Positions 39,220 through 51,822 of a stretch of DNA of 64,000 bases are shown here, piece after piece. The notes under the pieces were generated by a model, which saw only the letters and a list, made by a program, of their open reading frames with translations, was not told the DNA's origin and searched no databases. The DNA is from Ascidiella aspersa (lineage: Eukaryota): contig OZ004614.1 of the NCBI GenBank assembly GCA_963924565.1, positions 22,072,001-22,136,000 of the forward strand, given 5' to 3'. The position numbers and the translations under genes are program-made. The stretch's first letter is position 1; each line of letters opens with the position of its first letter.

Positions 39220-39720
39220 CTTTAAGGTTTCCGTTTGCGACCCAATAGCATTCTTGCTGAACAACTAGCTCAAGCAATTCAGCAAAACTTCGCGAACAGC
39301 CAGCACGCGTGCGTAACGTCGGGACCGAAATACGGCCTGACGCAAAAAAATCCATTTTCTCCCGTTTGCCCGCTCGCCCTACACAAAAGACGCTGGCGCA
39401 GTAATCGCTGTGCGCGAAATAGAAACGCAGGCGATCGGAACGCGCACGAAATGACTTTTTTTAGAGCTATGCTGTCATTTCCACCGATTCGGATACAAAT
39501 GCGTCACGTCCTTCGACCGAATTCGAATTCGACTTAATTTGCGACGCCGAGCGAAATTGCTGGCGATTCAGGCGCCTTGAATCACTCGCGAAAAAAGCAT
39601 GCTGTATTGCTGGATTTGTGTATATGATTTTACACAGTTCGTGATTAGCCGTTGACCTGACTCAAAATAGCGGACGGGCGGAAAAAAATTAAACTCGGGT
39701 AGTTTTACGCGGTCTTACTA

Positions 39721-39754
39721 GAGTCCCGAGTCCGACTCCGACTCCGCAGCCCTG
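39721..39754. mobile_element. solo terminus of a hAT-like MITE with (GGAGTC)n subterminal repeats
   Basis: CCGACTCCGACTCCGCAGCCCTG is the reverse complement of CAGGGCTGCGGAGTCGGAGTCGG. Confidence 0.5.
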
Positions 39755-40531
39755 GTTCCTCATAATGCACAAAGCTTTTTCGAGTTGGAGTGGAGGTGGA
39801 GTGCGATACGCTTCACGTTCAATTAAAGGAGTTGACTCGAATAGAAACGCCCCTATTTAACCCCAACCCAGTAACCGTGCAAGGGTGTTTAGGCTACCAC
39901 GCTCCCAATGTTTTTCACCAATCTGACTTCGTGTAACAACACCTCGCTGCGTGTAGGCCATTAAAGACAAACGAAATAGCGCAGCTTTACACAACTCGTC
40001 TTTGATTCAGCACCGATTGGCTGAAGCAGCAGAATTATGCCTCGACCTGTCATCTAGTCGCCACCAGTTTTGTATCCTGTTACCCGTGAAATAAGAGAGC
40101 GATCGCGCTTGTCCAGTGTGCTTATAGCTTAGCGTTCTGTTATGTGCAGGGCATATTTTTTTGGCAAACTCAGATTCAGGAACGCTCGCAGAAAATTTTT
40201 GAGCCGCCGTGGAATCATTTTTAAGTATTTGCAGGCAAACTCGTTCCAATTATAAAAACCTCTCAAGGTACTTTTAAAATTGCGAAAATCATCACGATTT
40301 AAGGCAACCCTTTACTTTGCAAAAATGAAGTAATATCTTCGATGGCGGAAAAATTGTCGAAAAGGAAAACTTCGAACGGTTTCAGTAAAATTCTTAACCC
40401 AAAACACATAATAATATTTTGTACTCACCACAATATTAAGGTTATTCACACCGTAACTTTGGCGCTTTCATGGTGTTCAGCAGCAATTGTCAAAAGGTGT
40501 GCACTTACGTGCCTCGAGAGATTCTTAATTA

Positions 40532-41743
40532 TAGAGATGTCCGATAATATCGGATCGGAGCCGATACCCGATACCAAGTGGAAGTGTCGGTACTTATCCG
40601 ACACAAGGTTGGTATCGGTGCTGATCCGATACCAAATTAATATGGAAATTTTAGCCTAAATTTTCAGCGATTTTTTCTAAAAAGATTTATTAAAAAAAAA
40701 ATAACTTAAACTAGAGCGAATTAAACTTCTCAGCGCTGAAATTTACGCCTAGTAAGATTTTTTTTATTTATTTTTTTAGCCTATGACGTTATTTGGTGGC
40801 TGATCAGGTTGCGTTAATTTTCGTCCAAAAACATCAAGTCTCGGTAACGAAGTAAAATATCAAGTATAATAAATCTATATTTTTAAACGTACCGCGATTT
40901 TTTTTTTTACTTAAAAAAAAAATAAAATAAAATATATATAAAAAACAAAATAAAACAATAAAAATACCGATTCAAATTCACGAAGAGTCTTGTAGGCATG
41001 CATGTGAAACTCGAATAGTTAGTAAGGGTAGAGCAACTTTTGTTGTAAAGAAAGTGTAGCGCGAACAATTTTTCTGCGCTTGGCGCAATGCAAATGGAAA
41101 GAGGTTTTTAAGAACCTCTGAAGTACAATGCACGAGCGTATGTACCATCTAGAAATGGGTTGGAATTGCGGTGTTCTACACTTAATATACCAATACCCAA
41201 TATTTTTGACAAAAATTATCACGATCCGATCACCAAATTACGTCATTTCTATGCTCAAATATGCAAAATAAATTTTCAACAGGTAAAAGGTTTCCACGCC
41301 TCAATATGCTTTAGCGTTATATTAAATATTACATCAGGAGAACACAAAATTGTCCCTTAATGGTATCAGAAAAGTTTAAAAGTAGAATTGCTATAGCATT
41401 TTGCCGTGAAATTTAAACGGTTAAACATTGTCTTTAAAGCGTCAAACGACTGAAATGTTACTGGGGTGTTGGGTTGTCGTGAAGAAATCCTAGTTGCTTT
41501 TTTAGAATATGCTTTAAAACTTCAAAGGCATTTTTTAATTACCCCGAGCTCAAGTTTTCAAACGACTACTTTTTAATAAAGTAACTTTTAAGACAAATAT
41601 ATCTCCATTGGATCGCAAACCATGTCTAAAATGCTTAACTGAATATCAGATCGGCACCGATACCGCCAAAGTATCGGACGAGTATCGATTCTATCTCTTG
41701 GCTTCGGGTATCGGCCCCGATCCGATATTATTGGAAGTTCCTA
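40532..41743. mobile_element. non-autonomous DNA transposon (hAT Ac-like) with CCGATA subterminal repeats
   Basis: ~45-bp imperfect TIR: TAGAGATGTCCGATAATATCGGATCGGAGCCGATACCCGA vs TCGGGTATCGGCCCCGATCCGATATTATTGGAAGTTCCTA. No TSD recognisable. A related solo end lies at 61328-61375. Confidence 0.8.
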
Positions 41744-42761
41744 GATTGAGGTGTAAAAGTGATTTTGCGTGGCTTGTACGCTATACTACCTCCGTGAGCT
41801 TGTTTGACAAAAAATACTAAGTTAACATCATACTATAGCGAAAATAAAGTTTCTTCATAAGTAAACTAAAGTTTCTTCATAAGATTGGAAACTTTTCTTA
41901 TCTTATGGAACAGCAGCGCCAGCATCAGTAAATCACAAATGCTACACGCGGTTTAATTTCTTAAGCGTGCATTATTTTACCTATACAGACACATTGAAAG
42001 TAAACGCATTGCGACAAAATGCATTTTGTTATTTTTTGTAAACGAATGTCAACAACTGCACAATAGCTCCTGGCAAAAGGCGTTTGGCCTACACTAAAAA
42101 AAATACACTGGTCGTCCCAATTCTGTTTGGCGCTAAGTGTGTCTCAAATCGGTTAACCTAAAGCTTCCCCACAATCAGAGTAACACCTTATACAGCCTGT
42201 GTAAAAGCGGCATTAATGGAATGGCATTTTTAATTATCTAACTTATCTGCGTGGCTCTAGGGCCTAATTATTTGTTTCTTTAGATTCTCATAATTTTTTT
42301 AATTTGGTTAAAATAGGGTAAAAATGAAAAATTGCAAAACTCTAGTAGCAGCTGCCGCTCGCTTTTTCACAAAAGTATAGCTATACTATGGCGAGACAGG
42401 CCGACTCGAGGAGGCGAATATTTAGTGCCACAACTCTATGCAAACTTCCTTCCATATTTGCACAATTAGCCTGTCACAGGAGCGCCATATGGAGTGAGCA
42501 ATAGCTTCTGGTTTCTTTGTATCGCCGGGTCGCGCCGAAATCATGCGCGAAAAAAATCTCGCGCGCGCCTCAAACTGTTGAAAGGCGAATTTAATTGCGA
42601 AACAGAAGCAGAAAAAAAAAATATCAGAAGCAGAAAAAATATTTAGAAAAAAAACGCTTTATATTAGGCGAAGTTTGAAAACCTAACCACGCTATATCAA
42701 AGTATGGCTAAAAATGAAAAAAAAATGAAAACATTAAGTAATTAAAAAATAATGTACAAAT

Positions 42762-42966
42762 ACGTAGTAAGAATATCAACACCCATACAGAAGTAGACAT
42801 CTTTTTGAACGTTTGCGAATAAATCTTACTTATTTTCAACATCGAATTAATAATTTTTGAAAATGAATAAAGATATATTCGAAACGTTAAAAATGGTACC
42901 TAATTCTGTATGGGCGTTGATATTCTTACTACGTCTTACTATAACCCCCAACCATTATGCTCCAAA
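42762..42966. mobile_element. foldback Penelope-like mini-element, family E (copy 3)
   Basis: Arms 42762-42842 and ~42857-42966 are inverted. The plus-strand arm reads TTGAAAA-T-GAATA..TATTC-GAAACGTTA. Confidence 0.85.
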
Positions 42967-43208
42967 CCTAACAAATAAAATGCAAACTAGTGTTGGATAC
43001 GTAATTTAGCTGTGGGTTAAAAAAACATTTTTTTACGAGGGCTGTCAAAAGGTTAACCGAAACTTGTTGCACACCCATGAATTTATTTCGAGTGAAAACC
43101 TATAATTCAGTGCATCTGCGCCCCCCTTGGTAATGTCCTGGTTAGACCTGCGCTTGAGAGTAAACGCGTTCATTTATGTAAATAATAGTTTAAATCAATA
43201 TTAAAATT

Positions 43209-43393
43209 TTGGAGCATAATGGTTGGAGGTTGTAGTAAGACGTAATAAGAATATCAAAGCCCATGCAGAAGCAGGTATCATTTTGAACGTTTCGAATAAC
43301 TCTTTATTCATTTTCAACATCGACAATGTTGAAAATGAATAAAGAGTTATTCGAAACGTTCAAAATGATACCTGCTTCTGTATGGACTTTGGT
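43209..43393. mobile_element. foldback Penelope-like mini-element, family E (copy 4, best preserved)
   Basis: 66-bp arms 43255-43320 / 43326-43391 are 64/66 complementary, with a 5-nt loop. Perfect 12-bp TSD AATATTAAAATT (43197-43208, 43394-43405). Confidence 0.9.
43326..43366 (+). ncRNA. minimal hammerhead ribozyme-like motif, U3:A8 variant (mirror copy on the minus strand at 43280-43320)
   Basis: TTGAAAA (43329-35), T, GAATAA(agag)TTATTC stem II, GAAAC-GTT. Stem I is weak. Confidence 0.5.
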
Positions 43394-44027
43394 AATATTA
43401 AAATTATGTTATTCGAGCAAAAAAATAACAACAAAATTTAGTCAACAGAATCTGGAAGCGCGGTTCCATTCGAGGTACTTTTGGTAGGCTTGGAAAGGCT
43501 TATGGGCGGGTAAGGAAGGCGGTTCGACTCCTGAGGGACACGCCTTAAAGCAGATGACAATTTGCGACACACTCACTAGCTTAACTACTATGCTAATCCC
43601 AAGCAGTGATAACAGCCTGTGATTAACAAACGGTGCCCATCATTTAAGCCAGGTGTAATTAAGTCGTCGGCACAGCATCTTCACTGTCATTAAAGCGTTA
43701 AACAACCCACATTTGCCGGCCGGCATTTAATTTTCACAGTTTAGTTTTGGAAGCGGAGCAAAGCCACTGATTACTCGCGCCACAGTGACCAACCTGCACA
43801 CTACACAGTGCAAACATTTGCCTAAATTCAGCCAAAGGCTAACCGAAACTTGTTGAGCATTTGTCTGTCAATTGCGTTTTGTAATATAGATTATATAGTC
43901 ATATAAGATAAGGACTTTAAACCTTTCTTATCTATATTAAAGGTTGTAGTATGTTGTACCTGCCTGATAATGCACTTGTAAATGCTAAAGGCACATTTAT
44001 CAGCAGTTTACTAGGTTTGTTATTAAA

Positions 44028-44155
44028 AGTGTAGTTGTTCTACTCCAAACAATCCAGATGCACCTAAGGCCGTGAGCTCGAACCTCACCCAAGCCTGGAT
44101 TACTTTCCTATCCCTTTATGCGCCATGCATAACAATAAACGACAATAAACAAACT
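44028..44155 (+). mobile_element. possible degenerate tRNA-derived SINE
   Basis: A-box-like GTGTAGTTGTT, B-box-like GAGCTCGAACCTC and a repetitive tail ACAATAAACGACAATAAACAAAC. Single copy in the window. Confidence 0.3.
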
Positions 44156-44859
44156 GTCGACGGCAAAACAAAACTGCATCTTTAACATGGCCGCCAAGCG
44201 AGGTGCCTAAAAAGACCCGTCAAGTCAATTGAACCGTTTAGAATTAGATGTTAGGCATTTACAGCAAAAATAAACGTTGAATGTTCGCTAAATCTTATAG
44301 CAGCTGCCTAATATAATAATGTCAATCAAGAACCCAATGCAAATATGTTAAACATTGTATGATTCAAATAAAGGGCTAGGGCTTTTGAACATTGCTAACC
44401 TAGGAGTTTATAAACATGGAAGTTGAAAACGAAATAATTTTGAATAGAAACACCTAACATCGGTACAATAACGTTTATTTTTTGTTCCAAATACGTCATT
44501 CAACTCTATTTTTGATATAGGCTAAATTAAATAATTCCAGTTCTAATTGAAACAAAATCGAAAAGCCACAGCGCTCAGTTTAAAAACTACCATCCAAAAG
44601 TAGTAAACAAACAAAAAAGCAGGCCATTGAACCGCTGTAAGCAACCTGCGCGAAAGGTGATACCAGCGCTGGGCAAACAGCAACAAAATGTAAACTGACA
44701 AACGAAAGCGCCGCCGACTTAACCCAAGGCATAAAGAGCGCTAGGAGAGGCGGTGAGTCCGACTAGCTGAGAGCATCCCGGCACATTTCAGTTTACCCAG
44801 AAAGTCACTCCCATTGAAAGGCAGCGATGCGTGCTACTAGCCAGGCGCACGTTACAAAT

Positions 44860-45340
44860 CAGCAGCAGACGTTAGGCCCGGGCGCTGGACGCGTCACAGG
44901 CAAATATGATTGTTTTCTTTAATGCGGCGGCGCAATGATTTTATTGAGTGGCGCGGCGCAACACTTGTCTCTAATAGCGACCCAGGCTGTGCGCGCCTTA
45001 TCGCTGAAACGATTTGGGAATGTACACAAACCACTCTCCCTCGCTTTCTCTTTTTTCTCGCTCCTCCCTCTACACTCCGCTCTCAGCGCGCTCGCTTTTG
45101 CTCCTGGCTGCTGACTACAGCGCCTTGTTGATTGTAAACGATTGTATACAGAAACCGCAGACGATTATACGCCGAGCTTGCTTCTACATACACAAAGTGA
45201 CGGATTGAACACACAAAAACAACCGCCGCCGTTCAAAGCGGATTTAAAAGTCGCGCAAGGTTGCTGAGTTGCTGTCCGACAGACAATACACATCACTGAA
45301 TTGTGAACGGGTTAACTTCCGGCGTTTGCAACCGAGCGGA
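44860..45340. promoter_or_regulatory. CpG-rich island with a long CT tract; candidate distal promoter
   Basis: GCGCG-rich, polypyrimidine tract at 45033-45075, ETS-like ACTTCCGG ~45315. Confidence 0.4.
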
Positions 45341-46491
45341 AACAGCTTGCAGCCATAACAACAACGTAAACATTGCTAATCTGATTAACATTTTAGGTGC
45401 AAACTAATGTTTTTGCTCACCTTTGCATTGCAAAGCGAGTAATTTGCAACGTTCTACAAGTAATACCAGTCGTTTGTTTTATGGTGAATTCATAATAGTG
45501 TGGGGCTTTAAACACCGTTGACGAAAAAACTTTTTAAAATCGAAAAAGTTTGGCAATTCGGAAGTTAACATTTTAGCTTACATTTATAATATAACAAATT
45601 CCCAATAAATTGTTCCGTTTCAATGACCAAGCTAAACAACAACGAAAAGATAAGATAAAACAAAGGTAGAAAAAAGTTGTTCATTCAATCGACCAAGATT
45701 TTGCTCCTCAGCATTACGTTTTTACTCTATACCGGCATATTTTACCAATGGGTAAAGGTTAGGTCGCGACCGCACTTCGAAATGAAACGATTTAAAATTC
45801 AACTAGTTTCTCAAATAAAATATTTAGCCTCAACCTATTTATCAAAAATGCTTAAGGGGTAAAACTAACTTTCAAGATTTGGGTAAATTTGAAAACGTTA
45901 GGCATTTTGTGCTTAATTTTGCACAGACGGGCTGCTTGTTAATCTTTGGGTTGCTTTGAGGTTTTCTAAAATATATATTTGTTGTTGGGACTCAACAAAG
46001 CAATTATTTTATTTTAAATATAGATGGGTAGAATATAGAAAAGTGAGATTAAACACTCTGCAACCGAGGATAAACTGGGGGTTGGATTTAAAATTTGATC
46101 TTACGACAAAAGTGTTGTTGGTAACCGCTGTTTAAGAAGAAATGCGTTTTTAAGCTTTCAGCAAAATATATATTTTCGTCGGATAGTCGCAAAATTACAT
46201 TTTTTACTAACCAAAAACGAAAGTTGAAAGTAAAATGAGGGCTGAATGTGAAGTGGCAGTCTTTTTTCCATTGACCTAAAAGTTGGGTGGGAATAACTAA
46301 AATGGAAGTAGCCGCTCCCCCCCCCCCCCACACACACACCCGTCCCCCAGTCTCAACCCCTCCCGTTGCCCTGGCAAGCGTGCGTGACAGCGAAAGTGTC
46401 AGAGCACACAAGAGGGGCCGCAACCCCTCACTCGCTAGCTTGCTTGCTCGTATTGGCAGCGAAAGCATTCTTGGTCCTGTATACCTCATTG

Positions 46492-46826
46492 TACAGGCGT
46501 AGCCAGGGGGCACAGGGGCAACTCCCCCCAAACAAAAAATAATAGTTTATAAATATTGTACTCCAAATAAAACAAATAAATTGTTTTGTAGTATTTATAA
46601 GCAGCACCACAATATTCGATCACAGTCATACTTATTAATGAAGTTTTCCTACTTTTTAGTCATTTTGTTTTTGCTCTTTGAATGGTTTTTCAGTATAGCG
46701 TTAAAACTCAGTCAGTTGCTGCTCGAAACGGTTTGCTAGCAAATTTATTTGTGTTCGATACGGCAGTTCATACAATGGCAAAAGCACCACCCACCCACCG
46801 AAAAAAATCGGCTGGCTACGCCACTG
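46492..46826. mobile_element. MITE with CAGTGGCGTAGCC termini
   Basis: TACAGGCGTAGCCAG / CTGGCTACGCCACTG. TSD CCTCATTG (46484-46491, 46827-46834). A partial inverted copy lies at 57221-57423. Confidence 0.88.
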
Positions 46827-47099
46827 CCTCATTGTCGCCGGCACTGTATCAGTGGTGCGTGTCAGCTGGACCGGTGGCCGGTAAGCGAAAAGGCGACGAC
46901 GGAGTGCGCGCTTTTGTCGAAGATGGCAAATATTGACCCGTTTGCGCTGGATATTATCGGCGCCTGTTCGCCGTGTCGACTGACTCTTCACAGAGAAGAA
47001 CTCGTTTCGCTGGGCCGCGATATTTTCAGCTGCGCCCCTTGATTCTCGTTTCGCAGCTCGCTTTCAACCGTTGGCCCTTTGACGCACACGGTTAGACTG

Positions 47100-47664
47100 C
47101 AGTGGTTCCAAAATATACTTCAGTTCGACTCAAGTTTTGTACACATCTCGCGGCCCAAAACATTGTCAGCTTGAATGCAAAAAGCTGTGCTTTGAAATTT
47201 GCAAGCAGTTAATGTTAAAGCGTATTAGTCCACTGACTTTTTCGAAGATGACGTCACAAAGTTGATTCGGGCGTAAAATATAAGTGAAATGTTGTCTAAT
47301 CACGCGAAGCGCGAAAAAGTAGCTCTTATTTGGTAACAATTGCAAAAACTTAAATTCAAAACGACCTGATGCACATTAAGCTCACACAAGAGATTCGCCT
47401 AACATAACGGTATTTTTTTAATTTAACATAATTTGCACGTTGCAGAGTTTATGACTTTTGGGCTAAATAGAATTGACGAAAAACTAGTAAAACGTATAGA
47501 GATGTTCGCGGAAGCCCAAAAATGCTTGTCTTAACATAGTAAATGCTACTAAAAATATAGTTGTATGTGGGCATGAGCTGGTACCCCGGTACCCCTTCTA
47601 GCCAGAATCAGCCCCAACCCCCCGACCTCTAGTGGGTCGCGACCCATAGTTTGGGAAACGCTTG
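47100..47664. mobile_element. degenerate hAT (Buster-type) MITE
   Basis: Starts CAGTGGTTCCAAAA; ends GGGTCGCGACCCATAGTTTGGGAAACGCTTG. No clear TSD. Confidence 0.6.
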
Positions 47665-49297
47665 CTTAAACGTTCCAACGCCCCCTTCTGGCTGTTTGCA
47701 TAAACGCTTTCCTAAAAATGCAGATCTAAAATTTATAGAAAATATTGTAAAGTGTTGTTTAAATGCCTTCTACGCCGAACCCGGTTTGACCCCGATTTCT
47801 GCTCCACGCTAAACAAAGCTGTGACGCCTTAAGTGATTCGGTCGTTTATGAATACAGCTGCCACTTGCGTGTTGCGTCCGACGCGCCACCTATCTTTCCG
47901 GTGAGACTTTTGCTTGGTTGACAAAACTGCCTCACGTCGCAATGTATTCCGTATAGTAGCTCCTAAAATCACTTTTCGTGAATACTTTGCAATGAAAACA
48001 GCATTTTTGCGACTTTTGTACCGTGCCGATTTCTGACCACGATAAAATGGGGTCACCTGTTTTCTTAAATGGCCAAATTAACTGAAAAATGTTTTAGTGC
48101 TATATTTACCAAAAAACTGTTACGCTTTTTTGAAGACGTTGCCGACCAAACAGAGGCATTTTTGGTTATTGTAGTCATGAACAATAATTTCTTTTTTCGT
48201 CAGAAATTAAAGGTTCGTTTTGTCAAAAAATAATCGTGAATCAGAAGAAGCGTTAAAACATTCAAGCAAGTATTCGACAAGAAATTACGTTACGTTGTGC
48301 TCATTTCGGCGCAACACACTTTTATGTAAATCAGTGTTTGATGAGAGGAATGGTCAAGTCATATTCAAAAATGCAAGTCATTTGTTGCGTTACTAAAAAA
48401 AATTATTAAAAAAATAACTCTTTAGTTATACGGTAAGCAAGTCAAGTCCGGCATCAGAAATGAAGAGCAAACTCACGGAAGTTCGTTAGGGATTCGTTTT
48501 TGCGAAACGAGCAAACCTGGTTTCCAACTGTGTTACCTGTTAGTTTGGAAGCCAAAACTGTCAAACGAATTCTTAATTTCCCTTAAAAGAGTGTAATAGG
48601 TGCTAACTTATAAACGACAGACGTCAATAGTGAACGTTGCTTAGCTGCAGTCCAGTTGTTTGGTCTAAATGTTCCTTTGGTAGAACAGAATTGTCATCCT
48701 ATTCGATTGTTGCTTAGTTAGCCAGTAAAGGAAAGTTCGCAGCTCTTTCATTGTACAAATAAGGTATCTCAGTTAACCGTCTCGCTATGTAAACGTGGCT
48801 GGTGATATCGTTCCCCATATTACGAGTCAGGCATTCTCTAACAGCCACTTGACACCCGGACCATTACTCAAACTTTTTATTTTAACCTATCACGTCAGAC
48901 TTCCTTCAGTATACTTCTTTGCTTGGAAGACAACGCAAAGTTAATATTTGAGCGCAGCGCCAAACTCTGTAGAGGCGGAAATGAAGTGTCCGCCCACGCC
49001 ATCTCGCAGTATTATTGACTACCCTTTTTGAGTTTAACTACCCTTTTTGAGTAAAACACGTTCAAATAGAATTTTAAAGCCTTGACGATGGCAGCTGTAA
49101 TCCAGCAGTACCATATATTTCTTTCCTCGTTTTGCGATATTGATTGTTTGACCGGTATCGTGCACGTTTTGTTGGCTCCCTGTATATGGAAAGAAAGTGT
49201 TGCGAAACCCATCAAACGCAAGCAAATATATACTGAAAACAGCAAATATATCTACCGTTAGCTCATAGATCTCCATTGACCTAACACTGACCTATAA

Positions 49298-49722
49298 CAG
49301 GGATGGCGAATCATTGACCCGCGGGTCACTAATGACCCACCACAGATTGTTAATGACCCACTTGTCTCTCTAGAAATACCGCAATGTTATCAATTTTTAA
49401 GGGAAATTAGGAGCTCGAACACTAAATATTCGGACAACCCTGGTTAAACCATGCTGAAAAGCTGTCTGCTGAACTCCTGTAATCCAATAAAAATGCTGCA
49501 GCATTTGTTAACTATTTATGTTCCTAATATTATTGGAGATTCGAATTTGAAAATCGTCCAAAAACCTTGATTTACCAACCCAGACAATAACCTTAAAAAC
49601 GACGCAGATGCTAAGTTTCGCATAAAATGAGCATATAATGAAAAATATATGACCCACTTGTGCATTTTGTAAGGATTAAGGTTTTGTTTGGATCCGTGTG
49701 ATGAAAAGGTTCGCCATTCCTG
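49298..49722. mobile_element. hAT (Buster-type) MITE
   Basis: CAGGGATGGCGAA / TTCGCCATTCCTG (12/13). TSD ACCTATAA / ATCTATAA (7/8). Confidence 0.88.
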
Positions 49723-50071
49723 ATCTATAACGTGCCGAAACCACTGTATAGTATTGGTGTTAGCAAGCGATTTTGGGATTTCCTGGTGGCGGGAACAAAC
49801 GAAATGCAACCCCGCGTTTAACAAAATCTGATTTTGGAGTACTGGAACGCAGAAACAAATTTACACGGGCCTTGTACATTAGCGCGTCAAACGTTCGACG
49901 GCTCGTTTTCAGCGCCGTACGTTGGACAGCAATATGGCAAGTGATAAATCAGGCAATTTTAATTTTCCATCTACTTGGTAGCAAGCAATCGGTCGATGGA
50001 TCGACAAACTCAGAAGTGGCTGGTATAGGGATTTTCGAAACCGTGAAGGGATGTTTTGTGATAGGTAAATG

Positions 50072-50365
50072 CCAACCCCCATGCCTATTATTAAGTGATA
50101 TTTCACTTCTTTTTAGGACAGTTAAGTATTGAGTATTTCTCCACGTGAACAAAAATGAAAAAAACAACAACAATTTTTTTCGTAAAACTGTCAAAAAATC
50201 GTGTTTTTGTATAGCAACCCCGTTGCCTATTATAAAGTACTATTTCACTTCTTTTTAGGACAGTTAAGTATTAAATAATTTTCAACGTGAATAAAAAGGA
50301 AAAAAACAACAATAACATGTTTTTCTTAAAAGTATCAAAAAATGTACACAGGGTTTTTCTATAGC
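50072..50365. repeat. tandem duplication, ~142-bp period
   Basis: TATTTCACTTCTTTTTAGGACAGTTAAGTATT is identical in both units. Confidence 0.9.
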
Positions 50366-50887
50366 TGCCGTATTATATGCACCTTTAAAAGTATCTCGTT
50401 GGTCCTATATATAGCATTACATGTTTTAATATACGTTTGCGTTGTATATTTGCGTGTGTGGGGGCGGTAAGCGTATTGCCACGGCAAAACCTCTACCCTG
50501 TTCCAAGTTATTTGTAAATCATCTACCGAGTTCAAATAACACTCGTGTCAATCCACAAAGAAACGCTCCGTGTGTGATAACAGCTAGTATATGTAAATGT
50601 GACCTTCAAAGCCAATAAAATTTCGCTGTTTGTGCTGGGTAGAAATAGACACAAATGCTGCACATTCTCGAAACACCAAAATAAAATGGGGCCGTTTATT
50701 TTGTTGTACAAAATCTTCAAACCAAATGGAAACAATTGTTGGCATATAGGAGATATTTGCATTACAAGCCTTAAGCATTTTTATTTTGACATTTAGGCAG
50801 CTGGTATTAACTTTGTTTAAGCCTGTACTATCCATTTTATTCAGGCTTGTATATTTGTGGCAGAGCGAGAAACGTAAGACTAAACGT

Positions 50888-51018
50888 AGTAAGAATATGA
50901 AAGCCCATACAGAAGTAAGTATCATTTTGAACGTTTCTGAAAACTATTAAAGATTTATTCTAAACGTTCAAAGTGCTACTTACTCCTATATGGGCTTTGG
51001 TACACTTATCACGTCTTA
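50888..51018. mobile_element. foldback Penelope-like mini-element, family E (copy 5, older)
   Basis: Inverted arms homologous to the family. 14-bp TSD GTAAGACTAAACGT (50874-50887) / GTAAGACTTAACGT (51019-51032). Confidence 0.8.
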
Positions 51019-51677
51019 GTAAGACTTAACGTTTTGTGCAAGGATTAATTTACAATTGCCCGGTTAATATTTAAGTTATTTTTCTGTTTCGCGTTGTTTG
51101 GTTTACCCGTATTGTAAAGCAGCATTACATAACAAACTTGAAAAGAGAGTAGAGTGCTTCTTAGGATAACAGACAAACTATTTGATTTGGTTCGCCATTA
51201 CGCTACAGTGAATCACAACGTTAACATTTTAATACCTGCCCTGTCAGGCCCACTCACGTCTGGCAAATAGAAAGGACAATCCAAGGTAAACGTTCCTGGT
51301 TTACAGGCATAGGAGATGAATGCTGCTAAAACGATGTCTACGCACAAAGGGGAATTCGGAAGTTTAGACAGTGGTTATACAGAGCAAGTGTTGGTAGGTC
51401 GACGCATTTGGGCAAAACTGCAGCTGTTTCTAAAGTGGCATACTTTACTAAAATATCACACATTTTAATTTTGTAACCGCCAAAACATAATCACATAGTT
51501 TATGTATGTTTTAAACAAGGTGCTGACTGTTTAAAGTGTGTTTTGCAATCAGTGCCACCAACGCTAGGCTATACTGAATCGGTACAATTTGCCACACATT
51601 GTAAAGCACAACTAGATAGGTTTCGGCTGAGGTTTTTCAAAGCATTTAAATACAAGGAGCCATTTAAAAATTACGTG

Positions 51678-51822
51678 CGAGAGAGATGTAGAGAAAAAAG
51701 AAGCGAGAGAGAGAGTGAGAGGGGGAAAAAACAGAGAGAGAGAGAGAGAGAAAAAAAGAGAGAGCGAGAGAAAGTGAGAGAAAAAAACAAACAAGATAGA
51801 CAGAGAGAGAAAAAATGGAGAA
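51678..51822. repeat. (GA)n/A-rich purine low-complexity tract
   Basis: Directly visible. Explains the spurious RE/K-rich ORF 51543-51866. Confidence 0.95.

Noticed and set aside
43481-43535. Perfect Pol III B-box GGTTCGACTCC (43521-43531)
   Set aside because: No cloverleaf and only a weak A-box. Not a tRNA; at most a SINE relic.
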